This document shows positions 38,006-47,552 of a stretch of 64,000 nucleotides of DNA, one piece after another. The translations under genes and the position numbers were made by a program. The notes below the pieces were generated by a model. It had not been told where the DNA came from. It made no database searches and saw only the letters and a program-made list of their open reading frames with translations. Within the stretch, counting starts at the first letter, position 1. Each line of letters starts with the position of its first letter. The stretch covers positions 447,234-511,233 of the IMG/VR virus record IMGVR_UViG_3300046517_002304; one strand, 5' to 3'.

Positions 38006-40456
38006 ATGGAAGATTGTAAGCGACTAGTACTTCTGTGCCAAGAAGCACTAAAAACAAAAGGCATAGACGACACAATACACAATAACCGCCTCAGGTGGGA
38101 ACTCAAGGAATTACAGGTCAAAAATGACTGCGGATATTTCCTGAACATCCATGATAAAGGCGTTAAAAACCAACCTAACCATAAAAATGTATTAGTTCCC
38201 TATTTGCTTGATATCTGTAATGAATTTGATATTACCAAGCTTCCAGAATTCCTAATGGGAGAAATGCCAGATATTGACGTTGACTACCTCCCAGAAATAC
38301 AACAATATCTCAAAAATGATTATGTTCCCAAAGCGTTCGGAGCAGAATACGTTTGCAATATAGGAAGCCACAATACGCTTGGCGTAAAATCTGCGCTTAT
38401 CGACACAGTAAGAATTTATAGCAAAGATAGAGACGAAATTCTTAAGATTACAACTAAACTCCAAGACAAGAATGACGAAGGCAAGCCTATTTCCTTTGAA
38501 GAAGCGATTAACTCTAATTCCGACTTAAAGAAGTATTTGGCCGAAAATCCAGAAATTAAAGAAGCAGCGGGAAAGCTGGTCGGTAAAACTAGAAGCTTTG
38601 GGCAACATGCGGCTGGTGTTATCATATCCAGCGTACCTTTAAAAACCCTAGTGCCACTTATTTCCGGCAAAGATGGGATGCAATGTAGCGCATGGGGCGA
38701 AGGACAGCATAGCCTAGATTTAAGTACAGTAGGATTAATTAAATTTGACTTTCTAGGAAGCGAATCCTTAAACAAAGTCATGCAATGCCTTAAGCTTATA
38801 AAAGAAAGACATGGTATTGAAAAAGTATGTGCGGCACCAGGTGGAGACAACTGGTCAGACATTTCTTATCTTAACGATCCAAAATGCCTAGAAATGGCTA
38901 GTAAAGGCGATCTCAAAACTATTTTCCAGTTTGATTCCGACGTTGCGCGTAAAATGTGCAAAGATGGTGGCGTTGATAGATTTGAAGATTTGGTAGCCTA
39001 TACGTCATTAAACCGCCCAGGATGCTTGGAAATGGGTACAGATGTGGAATTCATCAAGCGCAAAAAGGGCGCTTCATATGAGGTCCACCCGCTTCTAGAG
39101 CCTATCCTAAGAGATACTTACGCGCTAATGTTATATCAGGAGCAACTCTTCCGTATTCTTAACGTGGTGGGCAAAATTCCAGAACATCAATGCATGGAGG
39201 TTCAAAAAGCAGTATCTAAGAAAAAAGTAGATAAGTTCGCAAAATATAAAGAAATGTTCGTAGAAAATGGCCAAAAAGTATTAAACCAATCAAAAGAAGA
39301 ACTAGAAAAACTTTGGGCATTAATTGAAGCGTTCGCCAAGTACTCCTTCAACCTCGCGCACGCCTGTAGCTATACCTATGTTTCTTCCAGAATGTTATGG
39401 TTAAAATGCCACTACCCACTTGAATGGTATGCGGCCTGTATGTCGTCTTTAAAAACAGCCGATTCTAAGCTACAAGAGTATCGTTACGATGGTGTTAAGC
39501 ATGATATAGTTTTTAACCGTCTTGACATTAACAAATCCAAGAGTAATTTTGCTATCGCAGAAGACAACTCAATCTACTATGCTTTCTCTAAGATTAAGGG
39601 AATCGGTGATGATATTGCGGATAGAATTACATCATTGCAACCCTATGCTGATTTAAAGGATTTTCTACATAAGTTCGGAGTTCTTTCTAATACACTAAAG
39701 CCGCTTATAGCACTAAGAATATTCGGCGATGACACAGTTTCTCTATGGAAGGAATATGAAAGATTTAAAGATGGCATTGACCAGAAAATAGAAGATTTAA
39801 ACACTAAGCACGCTGAAACAATAAACAAGCACGCTTCGGAATTAATGTCTCTGCTTCCAGAACAATTGATGGATATCAATTCAATAAGTGAAATAGACAA
39901 ATTAGAAAACATTATAGATGCTAAAATCTATAAGAAGTTATTAAAAATTAAAGAAAAAAACGGCAAAACGATTGAGACATTTAATAAGAAACTAGCCAAA
40001 CTTGAGAATTATGAAGTTAAAATTGAGCCTGAATACGAAAAGCTACTCCTAGACAAAGATGCAGCGGAAATCGCATTTTACGGATTTCCTTGGGACAGCC
40101 CATTATCCAAATACGTATCGGCAGAAGAACATCACTTTGACTGGATGGATGCTAACGGATTAGAAGTAGCGCCCATTAATGTAAGAATTACAAACATACA
40201 AGAAAAACAGGGAAAAGTTAAGTTTTATCAATTAACGGTTCAGGATATTTTAGGTGCGGAAAAGAAAGCAAACATATGGAACTCTGACTATAATATCTGG
40301 AAGGAATTGTTAGTAGTTGGTGCGCTAATAAGAATACAGTTAAAGGCTCCAAATGGCGGTTTTCCAACTTATACGATGACATCGGAACGATTTAAAAAAT
40401 ATGTACGTGGAGTTAACGATTTTAGAATAGTGAATTTAGCAGGAGAAGTAAAATGA
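38006..40456 (+). CDS. dnaE: DNA polymerase III alpha, C-terminal half (palm catalytic Asp, fingers, HhH, OB)
   Basis: MPDIDVDY, GQHAAGVII, GLIKFDFLG, IFQFDS, SLNRPG, YQEQ, YSFNLAHA, KIKGIG; no PHP domain. Confidence 0.95.
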   Translation: MEDCKRLVLLCQEALKTKGIDDTIHNNRLRWELKELQVKNDCGYFLNIHDKGVKNQPNHKNVLVPYLLDICNEFDITKLPEFLMGEMPDIDVDYLPEIQQYLKNDYVPKAFGAEYVCNIGSHNTLGVKSALIDTVRIYSKDRDEILKITTKLQDKNDEGKPISFEEAINSNSDLKKYLAENPEIKEAAGKLVGKTRSFGQHAAGVIISSVPLKTLVPLISGKDGMQCSAWGEGQHSLDLSTVGLIKFDFLGSESLNKVMQCLKLIKERHGIEKVCAAPGGDNWSDISYLNDPKCLEMASKGDLKTIFQFDSDVARKMCKDGGVDRFEDLVAYTSLNRPGCLEMGTDVEFIKRKKGASYEVHPLLEPILRDTYALMLYQEQLFRILNVVGKIPEHQCMEVQKAVSKKKVDKFAKYKEMFVENGQKVLNQSKEELEKLWALIEAFAKYSFNLAHACSYTYVSSRMLWLKCHYPLEWYAACMSSLKTADSKLQEYRYDGVKHDIVFNRLDINKSKSNFAIAEDNSIYYAFSKIKGIGDDIADRITSLQPYADLKDFLHKFGVLSNTLKPLIALRIFGDDTVSLWKEYERFKDGIDQKIEDLNTKHAETINKHASELMSLLPEQLMDINSISEIDKLENIIDAKIYKKLLKIKEKNGKTIETFNKKLAKLENYEVKIEPEYEKLLLDKDAAEIAFYGFPWDSPLSKYVSAEEHHFDWMDANGLEVAPINVRITNIQEKQGKVKFYQLTVQDILGAEKKANIWNSDYNIWKELLVVGALIRIQLKAPNGGFPTYTMTSERFKKYVRGVNDFRIVNLAGEVK

Positions 40457-40815
40457 ATGTAATGTTATTTGTGTTAGGAACAATTGGAGCTTCGTTTATT
40501 CTAGTAGACAGCACTTTATTTGCTCCAATTAGAAGCAAGCTAGAAAAATATGAATACCTATATTCTATGGTTACTTGCTATCAATGCAACTCTTTCTGGC
40601 TCGGAATGCTATTTGGATTCTTTTTAATTTCCAGTAATTTGTTTAGCGTATTTGCTTGTGGTTGCGCTGCAAGTTTTCTTAGCATCTTTGCGGCAGCTTT
40701 TATCAATGTATTTGAATCGTTTACTAGCAGAATGCAATCGCTTGGATCTCCCTTCCCGCAAAACGTTCCATGCGTTAACTGCGGCAAGAAACAAACAGAA
40801 GAAGCGTCTAAATAA
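40453..40815 (+). CDS. DUF1360-like membrane protein
   Basis: F.PIR...L..CYQC.SFW motif between TM helices. Confidence 0.65.
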   Translation: MNVMLFVLGTIGASFILVDSTLFAPIRSKLEKYEYLYSMVTCYQCNSFWLGMLFGFFLISSNLFSVFACGCAASFLSIFAAAFINVFESFTSRMQSLGSPFPQNVPCVNCGKKQTEEASK

Positions 40816-40818
40816 CAT

Positions 40819-41499
40819 ATGACGTGCAGAAAATACGTACGCGGATCATACCCCACTAAAGGGAAGTGTTCGCCTTGTGGCGTTTCATTGTGTAATTCTA
40901 AATTGCTACAATGCTGCGGTAAAATCTGTCCGCCTCCAGCGTGCCCGCAAATAGAAAATCAATATGGCATCGGCTGCTGCGCAATCATTGTAGATGGCGC
41001 AAGAACTATGAATTACTCTATAGAATCATCGTGTCCATGCCTAGATGGACTTACCGGCACATTTCAAGCTCTGGGGAATGGGGGTGAGGTAACATCTTGG
41101 GGAGAGGATGGCCATCACCTCGCTAGCCCTCAGTGCGACTGTCGGGAAGGCGGATGCCTAGGACTTCCAGATACATTCAATAAATCTACATTCAGCATGA
41201 CGATCAGGTGCGACAGTGGTGGATTTTCGCTACTGGCGCAAACTTTCGGCGGGAACAACCGAATGTGCGAAGGCGGCTCCTGGGTATGCCAAATGTCTGC
41301 AAATGCATCATGGGTGTGCTGCGATACATCCATGCCGTTACCACTAGAGCCAATAGGCATTGACGGACAAGCATGCGATAGTTTTTCTTACACCTTTGAG
41401 GGATTTATGATGAAGCCTGATTCTTTTTTTAATAGAAATACATGTGGCTGTCCATGTGCTCAAGGATCTTCTATATCCGTTACAGTTACAAATATATAA
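40819..41499 (+). CDS. Cys-rich late (probable virion) protein
   Basis: More than 25 Cys; TAAATA 4 nt upstream. Confidence 0.65.
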   Translation: MTCRKYVRGSYPTKGKCSPCGVSLCNSKLLQCCGKICPPPACPQIENQYGIGCCAIIVDGARTMNYSIESSCPCLDGLTGTFQALGNGGEVTSWGEDGHHLASPQCDCREGGCLGLPDTFNKSTFSMTIRCDSGGFSLLAQTFGGNNRMCEGGSWVCQMSANASWVCCDTSMPLPLEPIGIDGQACDSFSYTFEGFMMKPDSFFNRNTCGCPCAQGSSISVTVTNI

Positions 41500-41502
41500 A
41501 AT

Positions 41503-42027
41503 ATGACAAGATGTAACACGCCAGGCAATCAAAAGTCCTGTTATGTAATAATAGGATTTACAAGTAACATCAAACTAGAGGCCGGAAGCCCAAATACATT
41601 TGACCTCCATTGCGTAAATCAATTCTACTCAATCGGCGATCAAACAATAACTGAAAATGATATCATAAAAAAATATTACTGTAGTGATGGTAGTGACGGA
41701 CATCTACCCTGCAATGTATCATCGGAATGGGCGAATTGTAGCGTACAAGGTGTAACAGTATATCTCAATATCGGAGGACCATACTTAACGCCGCCGGTTG
41801 ATGTGCATGATGGAGACAATATAACAGTGATAGTCACCTTTCCCGGAGATGCACCAATAAACCCCCCCCTGTCCTTAGGAAGATTTCCTGACGGCATTGA
41901 GTGCGTACAGTCTATGCCTATGTTCGTCTTTAGCTACTATAAGCCTAGCCAAAACAAGATAGTTATAAACAGACAGGCATTAATTAGACAAATTAAAGCC
42001 GACCAAAAACGTAGAAATATCCGATAG
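41503..42027 (+). CDS. Cys-containing probable virion protein
   Basis: Follows the Cys-rich gene. Confidence 0.55.
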   Translation: MTRCNTPGNQKSCYVIIGFTSNIKLEAGSPNTFDLHCVNQFYSIGDQTITENDIIKKYYCSDGSDGHLPCNVSSEWANCSVQGVTVYLNIGGPYLTPPVDVHDGDNITVIVTFPGDAPINPPLSLGRFPDGIECVQSMPMFVFSYYKPSQNKIVINRQALIRQIKADQKRRNIR

Positions 42028-42090
42028 TCTTAAAATATACCTTTTCCACAATATATAATACGTACAGTAATTTAATAGGATAATCTAAAA

Positions 42091-42963
42091 ATGAGTCTAA
42101 AATCATTCGAAGAGTTTGTAAAAAATAAAGGTGGAGTTCCTTACGTGTTTTCGGAAAAGATTCCACCAAAGTCAATTTCTGCTGATTCAGAAGGCGATGA
42201 AGAAGGCATGGGATTGCTTGGAAGTCCTCAGATGATGGACAAAGAACAACCCCCACTAACGCGGGTTGAGAAAAAGGACATGGCCGATCCAGAGTATACG
42301 AAGAATGGCGAAAAACTAAAGACTCAAAAAGAAGGCGTTGAACTAGTTGAGCATCGTGGCGAAAGCGATGATTTATCAATGTCAAGTATTGATGGCGGAA
42401 AATTTTCGCCATCAATTAGCGAAGTTGCTTCATATACGGCTAAGTTAATTAAGAAGCACCCTCATACAGCAGAGCACTTTGTTAGAAACCTAAAGAAGCA
42501 CGGCAGTTTTGAGGGATTTATCGCTGAGGCCGTTGAGCACCCAGAAACATTCGCGTGTCTAGCAAATCACATCGGGCATGACGAACATGGTCCCCGCCAT
42601 TCAAAAAAGATGGTCAAGGCCCTAATGGCGCATCACACTGCAAAACATGCTATTAAAGAAAGCGTTGATGGTCCTCGTGGTGGCGATTTCGGTGGCGGAA
42701 TGCCTTCGGCTCCTCCAGCACCAATGGGAGTTGCGCCAATGCCAGTTAATTCAGATCCTACCGGGCTTTCACCAACGACCGGAATGAGTGGGATGGGTGG
42801 AAGCGGGAACCTGAGTACAAGCCAAGCGCCGCCGGCCGTTCAGATGCCTGCTCCATCCGAGTCAGCACACAAGGGCGAAGGGTACCACAACCTGGTATCA
42901 GAAATGAGCAAGGAGCCGGAAATGCACGATGCGATGCGTGAATGTTGCGGCATGGGATACTAA
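42091..42963 (+). CDS. Probable head/internal protein with low-complexity P/G/M tract
   Basis: MSLKSFEEFV N-terminus resembles a T4 capsid-targeting sequence; followed by a terminator. Confidence 0.6.
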   Translation: MSLKSFEEFVKNKGGVPYVFSEKIPPKSISADSEGDEEGMGLLGSPQMMDKEQPPLTRVEKKDMADPEYTKNGEKLKTQKEGVELVEHRGESDDLSMSSIDGGKFSPSISEVASYTAKLIKKHPHTAEHFVRNLKKHGSFEGFIAEAVEHPETFACLANHIGHDEHGPRHSKKMVKALMAHHTAKHAIKESVDGPRGGDFGGGMPSAPPAPMGVAPMPVNSDPTGLSPTTGMSGMGGSGNLSTSQAPPAVQMPAPSESAHKGEGYHNLVSEMSKEPEMHDAMRECCGMGY

Positions 42964-42977
42964 CTTAGTCATAAGTT

Positions 42978-43006
42978 AAAAAAAGCCGCTTTAAGCGGCT
43001 TTTTTT
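42978..43006. terminator. Bidirectional intrinsic terminator between convergent genes
   Basis: AAAAAAAGCCGCTT-T-AAGCGGCTTTTTTT. Confidence 0.9.
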
Positions 43007-43012
43007 ATTCGA

Positions 43013-43555
43013 TCAATCCCCATTACCCTTTTTGTAAATTTTCTTGATCTGGGATAAATCTTCCTTAGACGGCTTGCTACCACGATACTTCTGATATAAT
43101 GGCTGCGCCTTGCACTTATGCTTCCAAAACTTCTCAGTAGCAATCTGTATTTCACATATCATGCCACCAATTACAATATCTACATGCACAGTTCCATAAT
43201 AGCCAAACTCATACTCATTAGGACTATCATTATGGGCGACCTTCTTAACAATGAAATGCTTCTTGATATTATCAACAATTTTAGATATTTGATTTTTGGT
43301 ATCTACAAGAATCGCGGCCCTTAATATGTCAAATACCTTAGATGGAGACTTATTCCTTTTCTTGGTTTTATTATTAAACGACTTCTCGCTTTTAATATCT
43401 ATGACAATCTTATGTCCATCAGCAGAATGCTTGAGTAGCGTAGCAAATTTTGGCTTCAATTCTAAAGCCATTTTCTTTGCTTTATCATAAGTTTGAAAAT
43501 CCTGCTTTTTAGCAATCGGCTGAGGATTTTTCTCTATCCATTCTTTAAAGTCCAT
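43013..43555 (-). CDS. RelA/SpoT-domain small alarmone synthetase-like protein
   Basis: IKSEKSF..K, DILR, GYYGTVH, EIQIAT, LYQKYR. Confidence 0.85.
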   Translation of the reverse strand: MDFKEWIEKNPQPIAKKQDFQTYDKAKKMALELKPKFATLLKHSADGHKIVIDIKSEKSFNNKTKKRNKSPSKVFDILRAAILVDTKNQISKIVDNIKKHFIVKKVAHNDSPNEYEFGYYGTVHVDIVIGGMICEIQIATEKFWKHKCKAQPLYQKYRGSKPSKEDLSQIKKIYKKGNGD

Positions 43556-43569
43556 ACATTATTTATGAA

Positions 43570-43764
43570 CTAGGATTTCTTCTTTTTCTTTTTACGATGT
43601 TCGGCCCTATCACCAGCACTACCAATCGGCCAACCTTCCATTGAAACTCCGGCAACACCTGCCGAGCCAGCAATATTAAAACCGAGTTTCTGCAACCTGC
43701 TTTTTGGCACGGTCCCTACAATAATTGCCCCGCCTTCTTTTAGCCATTCTTGAAACGTTTTCAT
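43570..43764 (-). CDS. Small internal-protein-like peptide
   Basis: MKTFQEWLKE matches the T4 internal-protein CTS; poly-Lys C-terminus. Confidence 0.7.
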   Translation of the reverse strand: MKTFQEWLKEGGAIIVGTVPKSRLQKLGFNIAGSAGVAGVSMEGWPIGSAGDRAEHRKKKKKKS

Positions 43765-43775
43765 ATATTATATAA

Positions 43776-43806
43776 CAAAAGCGGCCTAGGAAATTCCTAG
43801 GCCGCT
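43776..43806 (-). terminator. Intrinsic terminator after the paralog array
   Basis: AGCGGCCTAGGA/TCCTAGGCCGCT 12-bp stem followed by TTT on the minus strand. Confidence 0.8.
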
Positions 43807-43867
43807 CACTATCCAAAAAGGAGACTTGGCTCCTGACAGAAATTATATACCAACTACGCTTTAATAA

Positions 43868-44362
43868 TTAAAAGCCGCCAACTATTTCATGCACTTCATC
43901 AACACTAATTCCTAACACTTTAGAAGCATTTTTAATCTTCTTATGAAGAAGGGTATAATTAGCCTTCATTCGCTTTACGTGCTCTTTCAACTGAGGGTGA
44001 TCGGTATTATATAAAGCGTCCTCTCCCGCGTCCCAAACATCAGCATATGCATCGGCAACATCAATTTCACCAGAGCTAAAATAAGCACAAGCCAAAGATA
44101 CATTATACACAATCGGGTGTTGAACTGTGACCTGTATATCGGTACTAGCCGTAACCGAAATAAGAGACTTTATTTCTCGTATAAGAGGATGTCCCGCTAG
44201 TTTGTTTTGTTCATCATACTGAATATGGTAAATTTTCTGATTAATCTTGCTCTGCAACGCCTGCAAAGCTTTTAAATCATTAACGCTATCTATATCAACG
44301 CCTTTTTTAGCGCCCTTGATTTTAGTTTTAATAGCTTTAACTTTAGTTTTCATATTTTTCAT
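43868..44362 (-). CDS. Hypothetical protein, paralog family A (copy 1)
   Basis: Shares ND.K.L..L...I..KI, HP..K and GIS...V..IV with 44893..45354. Confidence 0.7.
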   Translation of the reverse strand: MKNMKTKVKAIKTKIKGAKKGVDIDSVNDLKALQALQSKINQKIYHIQYDEQNKLAGHPLIREIKSLISVTASTDIQVTVQHPIVYNVSLACAYFSSGEIDVADAYADVWDAGEDALYNTDHPQLKEHVKRMKANYTLLHKKIKNASKVLGISVDEVHEIVGGF

Positions 44363-44914
44363 TTAATCGCCTATTAATTGTTCAAGATCATGCATTCTAA
44401 GATTTGATACAAAGCCACATCTATCATTATAATGGTATCTTGTATTCACGCAACCAGATGCAAACCGATTAATAAACTTACGCTTTTTACCAAACGGCCA
44501 AACTCTATATTTTAACAAATAACTTAATACCGACCATCGCATAGAACTACCGCGCCAAAACTCGCCAGGCTCAATGCAAAAGGTGTGCTGGTTGGTAGTA
44601 CAGTAAATCACAGCAGGGTTTTTTAACTTTAACTTGGCTTCAATATCGGACACGACCTTAATGCGTCCTGGATTATTTGTCGTAATAAAAAATGCTTTAA
44701 ACTTTCCACTTCGGAAGTAATGTAAGTAACCCTGAAAAGAATCCCGACATGACATAGGATTCCATCCATTGGCCGAATAAACACTAGGAAGATAAAAACT
44801 AAAAGATGAGTCTACCGGAAACGGAACTCCTTCTGGAAGTTCCGGCAAACTTTCTATGTAATTACGAGAAAACATGGCATCTCTCATTGTCCTCATAAAT
44901 TGACTATGTCCCAA
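44363..44914 (-). CDS. Hypothetical protein, paralog family B (copy 1)
   Basis: CRDSFQ, FW..S.MR.S, F.SGCVNT..HYN. Confidence 0.7.
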   Translation of the reverse strand: MGHSQFMRTMRDAMFSRNYIESLPELPEGVPFPVDSSFSFYLPSVYSANGWNPMSCRDSFQGYLHYFRSGKFKAFFITTNNPGRIKVVSDIEAKLKLKNPAVIYCTTNQHTFCIEPGEFWRGSSMRWSVLSYLLKYRVWPFGKKRKFINRFASGCVNTRYHYNDRCGFVSNLRMHDLEQLIGD

Positions 44915-45354
44915 ACATCGCCCTCTGATATGCCGAATTCTTTCGCAGTCTTTAATACTTTTTCTCTAATCTGTTTTTGAATTATTCTAATATCCTTAAT
45001 CCTTTGTTTTATTACAGGATGATTGCCACCCTGTATTTTATTCTCTTCTACAGCAGGATAATAATCCCCTTTAAGTTCCACGTAGTCTACTGCAATTTCG
45101 CTGCCTTGATCGTATGAATCTACGATTAGAGAAACTCTAAATTCCAGTGCTTTTTTAGAGGGCACAGTAACATCAAACTCACACCTTCCATTAATCTGCT
45201 GTGCCAATAAACGAATTTCTTTTACCAATGAAAAGCTTGAAAGCTTATTCTTCTTAGCACGATCCTGACTATCAATCTTAGATATTTTATTATCAATACT
45301 TTCTCTAAGCTTAGTCAAAACCTTACGATCATTAATTTTTTCAACATCAATCAT
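44893..45354 (-). CDS. Hypothetical protein, paralog family A (copy 2)
   Basis: See copy 1. Confidence 0.7.
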   Translation of the reverse strand: MIDVEKINDRKVLTKLRESIDNKISKIDSQDRAKKNKLSSFSLVKEIRLLAQQINGRCEFDVTVPSKKALEFRVSLIVDSYDQGSEIAVDYVELKGDYYPAVEENKIQGGNHPVIKQRIKDIRIIQKQIREKVLKTAKEFGISEGDVWDIVNL

Positions 45355-45971
45355 ATCGCATCTCCCATAATTTTCTTGAGTTCTTTACGATTCACAAAGC
45401 ATTTATCAACTTGCTTCGGAGTTAAATTATAAAAATGATCACACCAGCCAGTAAATTTAGGCGCATCATAATAACTATAACCATTATTATGCCTAAAAGT
45501 CTGATAGCGTACATAATGATTGCCGTTTAAAAACTTATTAACGGCAACCCTCGTATTGCGCGATGAAAAATACTCTGACCTACGTATCGTAGAAACAACG
45601 TTGGCCCTATAGCTTCTACCGGCTCTTATTAAAGCTGTCAGTAAAGAAAACCTAACTCTCTTCATCCAAAAACCGGTCAGCTTAATACAAACAATATTCT
45701 TTCCGTCAGTTCTATATCCATTACACCGAAATCTTTTGGGTACCTTAGACTTAATCTGAAAATCTTTCAAAAATTTTATAATATTTCCTAAGTGAGCGCC
45801 ACTCTTACACTGATAAAACAATCTTCTCGGATACGGATTATAGCGAAACGTATCATCCACAGATTCACGACAATACTCCCAATACTGGTAATTGTCGTTT
45901 ACTAAATAAAATGAATCTTTATATTCTCCATAAATATCATCGTTAGATGGAGCTTTAATCAATCTTTTCAT
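45351..45971 (-). CDS. Hypothetical protein, paralog family B (copy 2)
   Basis: CRESVD, FW...VRFSLLT. Confidence 0.65.
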   Translation of the reverse strand: MKRLIKAPSNDDIYGEYKDSFYLVNDNYQYWEYCRESVDDTFRYNPYPRRLFYQCKSGAHLGNIIKFLKDFQIKSKVPKRFRCNGYRTDGKNIVCIKLTGFWMKRVRFSLLTALIRAGRSYRANVVSTIRRSEYFSSRNTRVAVNKFLNGNHYVRYQTFRHNNGYSYYDAPKFTGWCDHFYNLTPKQVDKCFVNRKELKKIMGDAI

Positions 45972-45975
45972 TAAG

Positions 45976-46515
45976 TCACCTACAGATTAACTTGGAAACA
46001 TCAGGAAGTAATTTTAAATTTTCAAAAATACCAAAATCAGGATTGTAATGAATCGCCGTGTTCACACAGCCTGATTTAAACTTTGCTAAAAATTCTTTTT
46101 TCAAATCAGTATCAAAGTATGGGCCAACATACCCCCGAGCCTTAAATACAGAACTAAAAACAGAAAGCCTCATCGGACTAGCAAGCCAAAATTTGCTCAT
46201 TTCAATATAAGTGATACGTTTCTCATCAGTAGGAAAAAAATTAGTGCGATCTAAAGTATCAATATTTAATTCTTGTTCAATATCTTGAACCGGCTGAATA
46301 TGCATTTTAGATGCACCCTCTGGTGCTCTCAAATAAAGAATGTGTCTTTTATCTTCGCTAATTTTCAAAATTCTGCTCTGAAATACGTCCCTGCAAAGAT
46401 ACCACGCTTTATCTGTAAAGCTGAGAAAGTCAGCTATTAAAAATGGATACGACGAGAAATCATAATTAGCATGTGTTGGGGGTATCTTTACACTAGATTT
46501 AAATGGCCAAAACAT
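45976..46515 (-). CDS. Hypothetical protein, paralog family B (copy 3)
   Basis: CRDVFQ, FWLASPMRLS, FKSGCVNTAIHYN; start moved to MFWPF after the GAGG RBS. Confidence 0.7.
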   Translation of the reverse strand: MFWPFKSSVKIPPTHANYDFSSYPFLIADFLSFTDKAWYLCRDVFQSRILKISEDKRHILYLRAPEGASKMHIQPVQDIEQELNIDTLDRTNFFPTDEKRITYIEMSKFWLASPMRLSVFSSVFKARGYVGPYFDTDLKKEFLAKFKSGCVNTAIHYNPDFGIFENLKLLPDVSKLICR

Positions 46516-46516
46516 A

Positions 46517-46750
46517 TTAGACCTCTTTATAACCTTTTGCCGTTTTCTCTTTAACCATCTTAGACACATGCTTAATGGCATCGTCGTTACTTGAGAATTC
46601 CTTAATACTAAAACTGCCAGCAGCGCCTATCTTGCCATACTTAAAAAATACTACGTCTTCTTCACAAAAAACGCTCCAGAACTTATTAGACCGCCCCTTC
46701 GTAAATTCAAACCTACGAAAGACTTCTTTAACGCCATCTAGTTTTTTCAT
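46517..46750 (-). CDS. Stand-alone WGR domain protein
   Basis: RRFEF..G.SNKFW...YGKIG..G...K.F......A.......EK..KGY. Confidence 0.9.
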   Translation of the reverse strand: MKKLDGVKEVFRRFEFTKGRSNKFWSVFCEEDVVFFKYGKIGAAGSFSIKEFSSNDDAIKHVSKMVKEKTAKGYKEV

Positions 46751-46776
46751 AATTGTACTTTTAGAAAGGAAGGCCA

Positions 46777-46805
46777 AATATACCACATTTTGTCAAGCCG
46801 GTCAA
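46777..46805 (-). promoter_or_regulatory. Sigma70 (early-type) promoter of the WGR/paralog operon
   Basis: TTGACC-N17-TATATT with TGTGG extended -10. Confidence 0.65.
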
Positions 46806-46839
46806 TCTCTCCTAAGCAGAATTTTTGTGGTAAAGCCGC

Positions 46840-47319
46840 CTATTGTGATACAAAAACAGCACACCAATAATACATGCTATTATCGCCGCAGGCAACACCT
46901 ATTCCAATATGAGAATAATCTCCTAGCATATTTTTTCTATGACCAGAAGAATTTTCCCACATAGTAATTACTGCTTCGGGGTCATACCAAGATTCGTCGG
47001 CGATATTTTCACCTATCGCACTAAAAGACTTTCCGACTTTCTCTACTCTGTCCCATGGCTCTTCGCCATTATCATTTTTGTGAGAAAGCTTGCCTGCACG
47101 CGCCATCCAGTCAGCATGTCGTTGAGCAACAGAACAAATAATAGCATCCTTAGTTAAATCAGCTTTCCCATTATTAAAACGAAAAGCATTAACGTAATGG
47201 AGCAGCTTATCTGTTTTTTCATCATAGGCTGACACCGCAGTATTAAACGGCGTCTGATGATGGCAACTTACCGCGCAACATAAGAAAAGAATAATAACGA
47301 TTTTTTGGAACATTTTCAA
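46840..47319 (-). CDS. CAP/SCP domain lipoprotein
   Basis: Lipobox-like N-terminus; AQRHADWM...SH, GENIA, W.NSSGHRKNML, IGIG. Confidence 0.92.
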   Translation of the reverse strand: MKMFQKIVIILFLCCAVSCHHQTPFNTAVSAYDEKTDKLLHYVNAFRFNNGKADLTKDAIICSVAQRHADWMARAGKLSHKNDNGEEPWDRVEKVGKSFSAIGENIADESWYDPEAVITMWENSSGHRKNMLGDYSHIGIGVACGDNSMYYWCAVFVSQ

Positions 47320-47322
47320 TCC

Positions 47323-47529
47323 CTATAAATGGCTAATGTCTGCATCATGCTGCCTTGGCAGATTCTTAGCATCATTTTCATCCATGATGATAAGCTCGGG
47401 AACCCCATCTTGCCAAACAGTAATGCCAATTACGTTGTCTAAGTTAGAGCACTTGACGCAGGTCTTGGTACTAGGAAGAGCTTCAAGGCGCTCTTTAGGA
47501 ATCTTCTTACCGCAGGTTTCGCACAACAT
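47323..47529 (-). CDS. TraR/DksA C4-type zinc finger protein
   Basis: CETCGKKIPKERLEALPSTKTCVKC. Confidence 0.9.
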   Translation of the reverse strand: MLCETCGKKIPKERLEALPSTKTCVKCSNLDNVIGITVWQDGVPELIIMDENDAKNLPRQHDADISHL

Positions 47530-47552
47530 AATCTGTATCTAGAATAGTAGTC

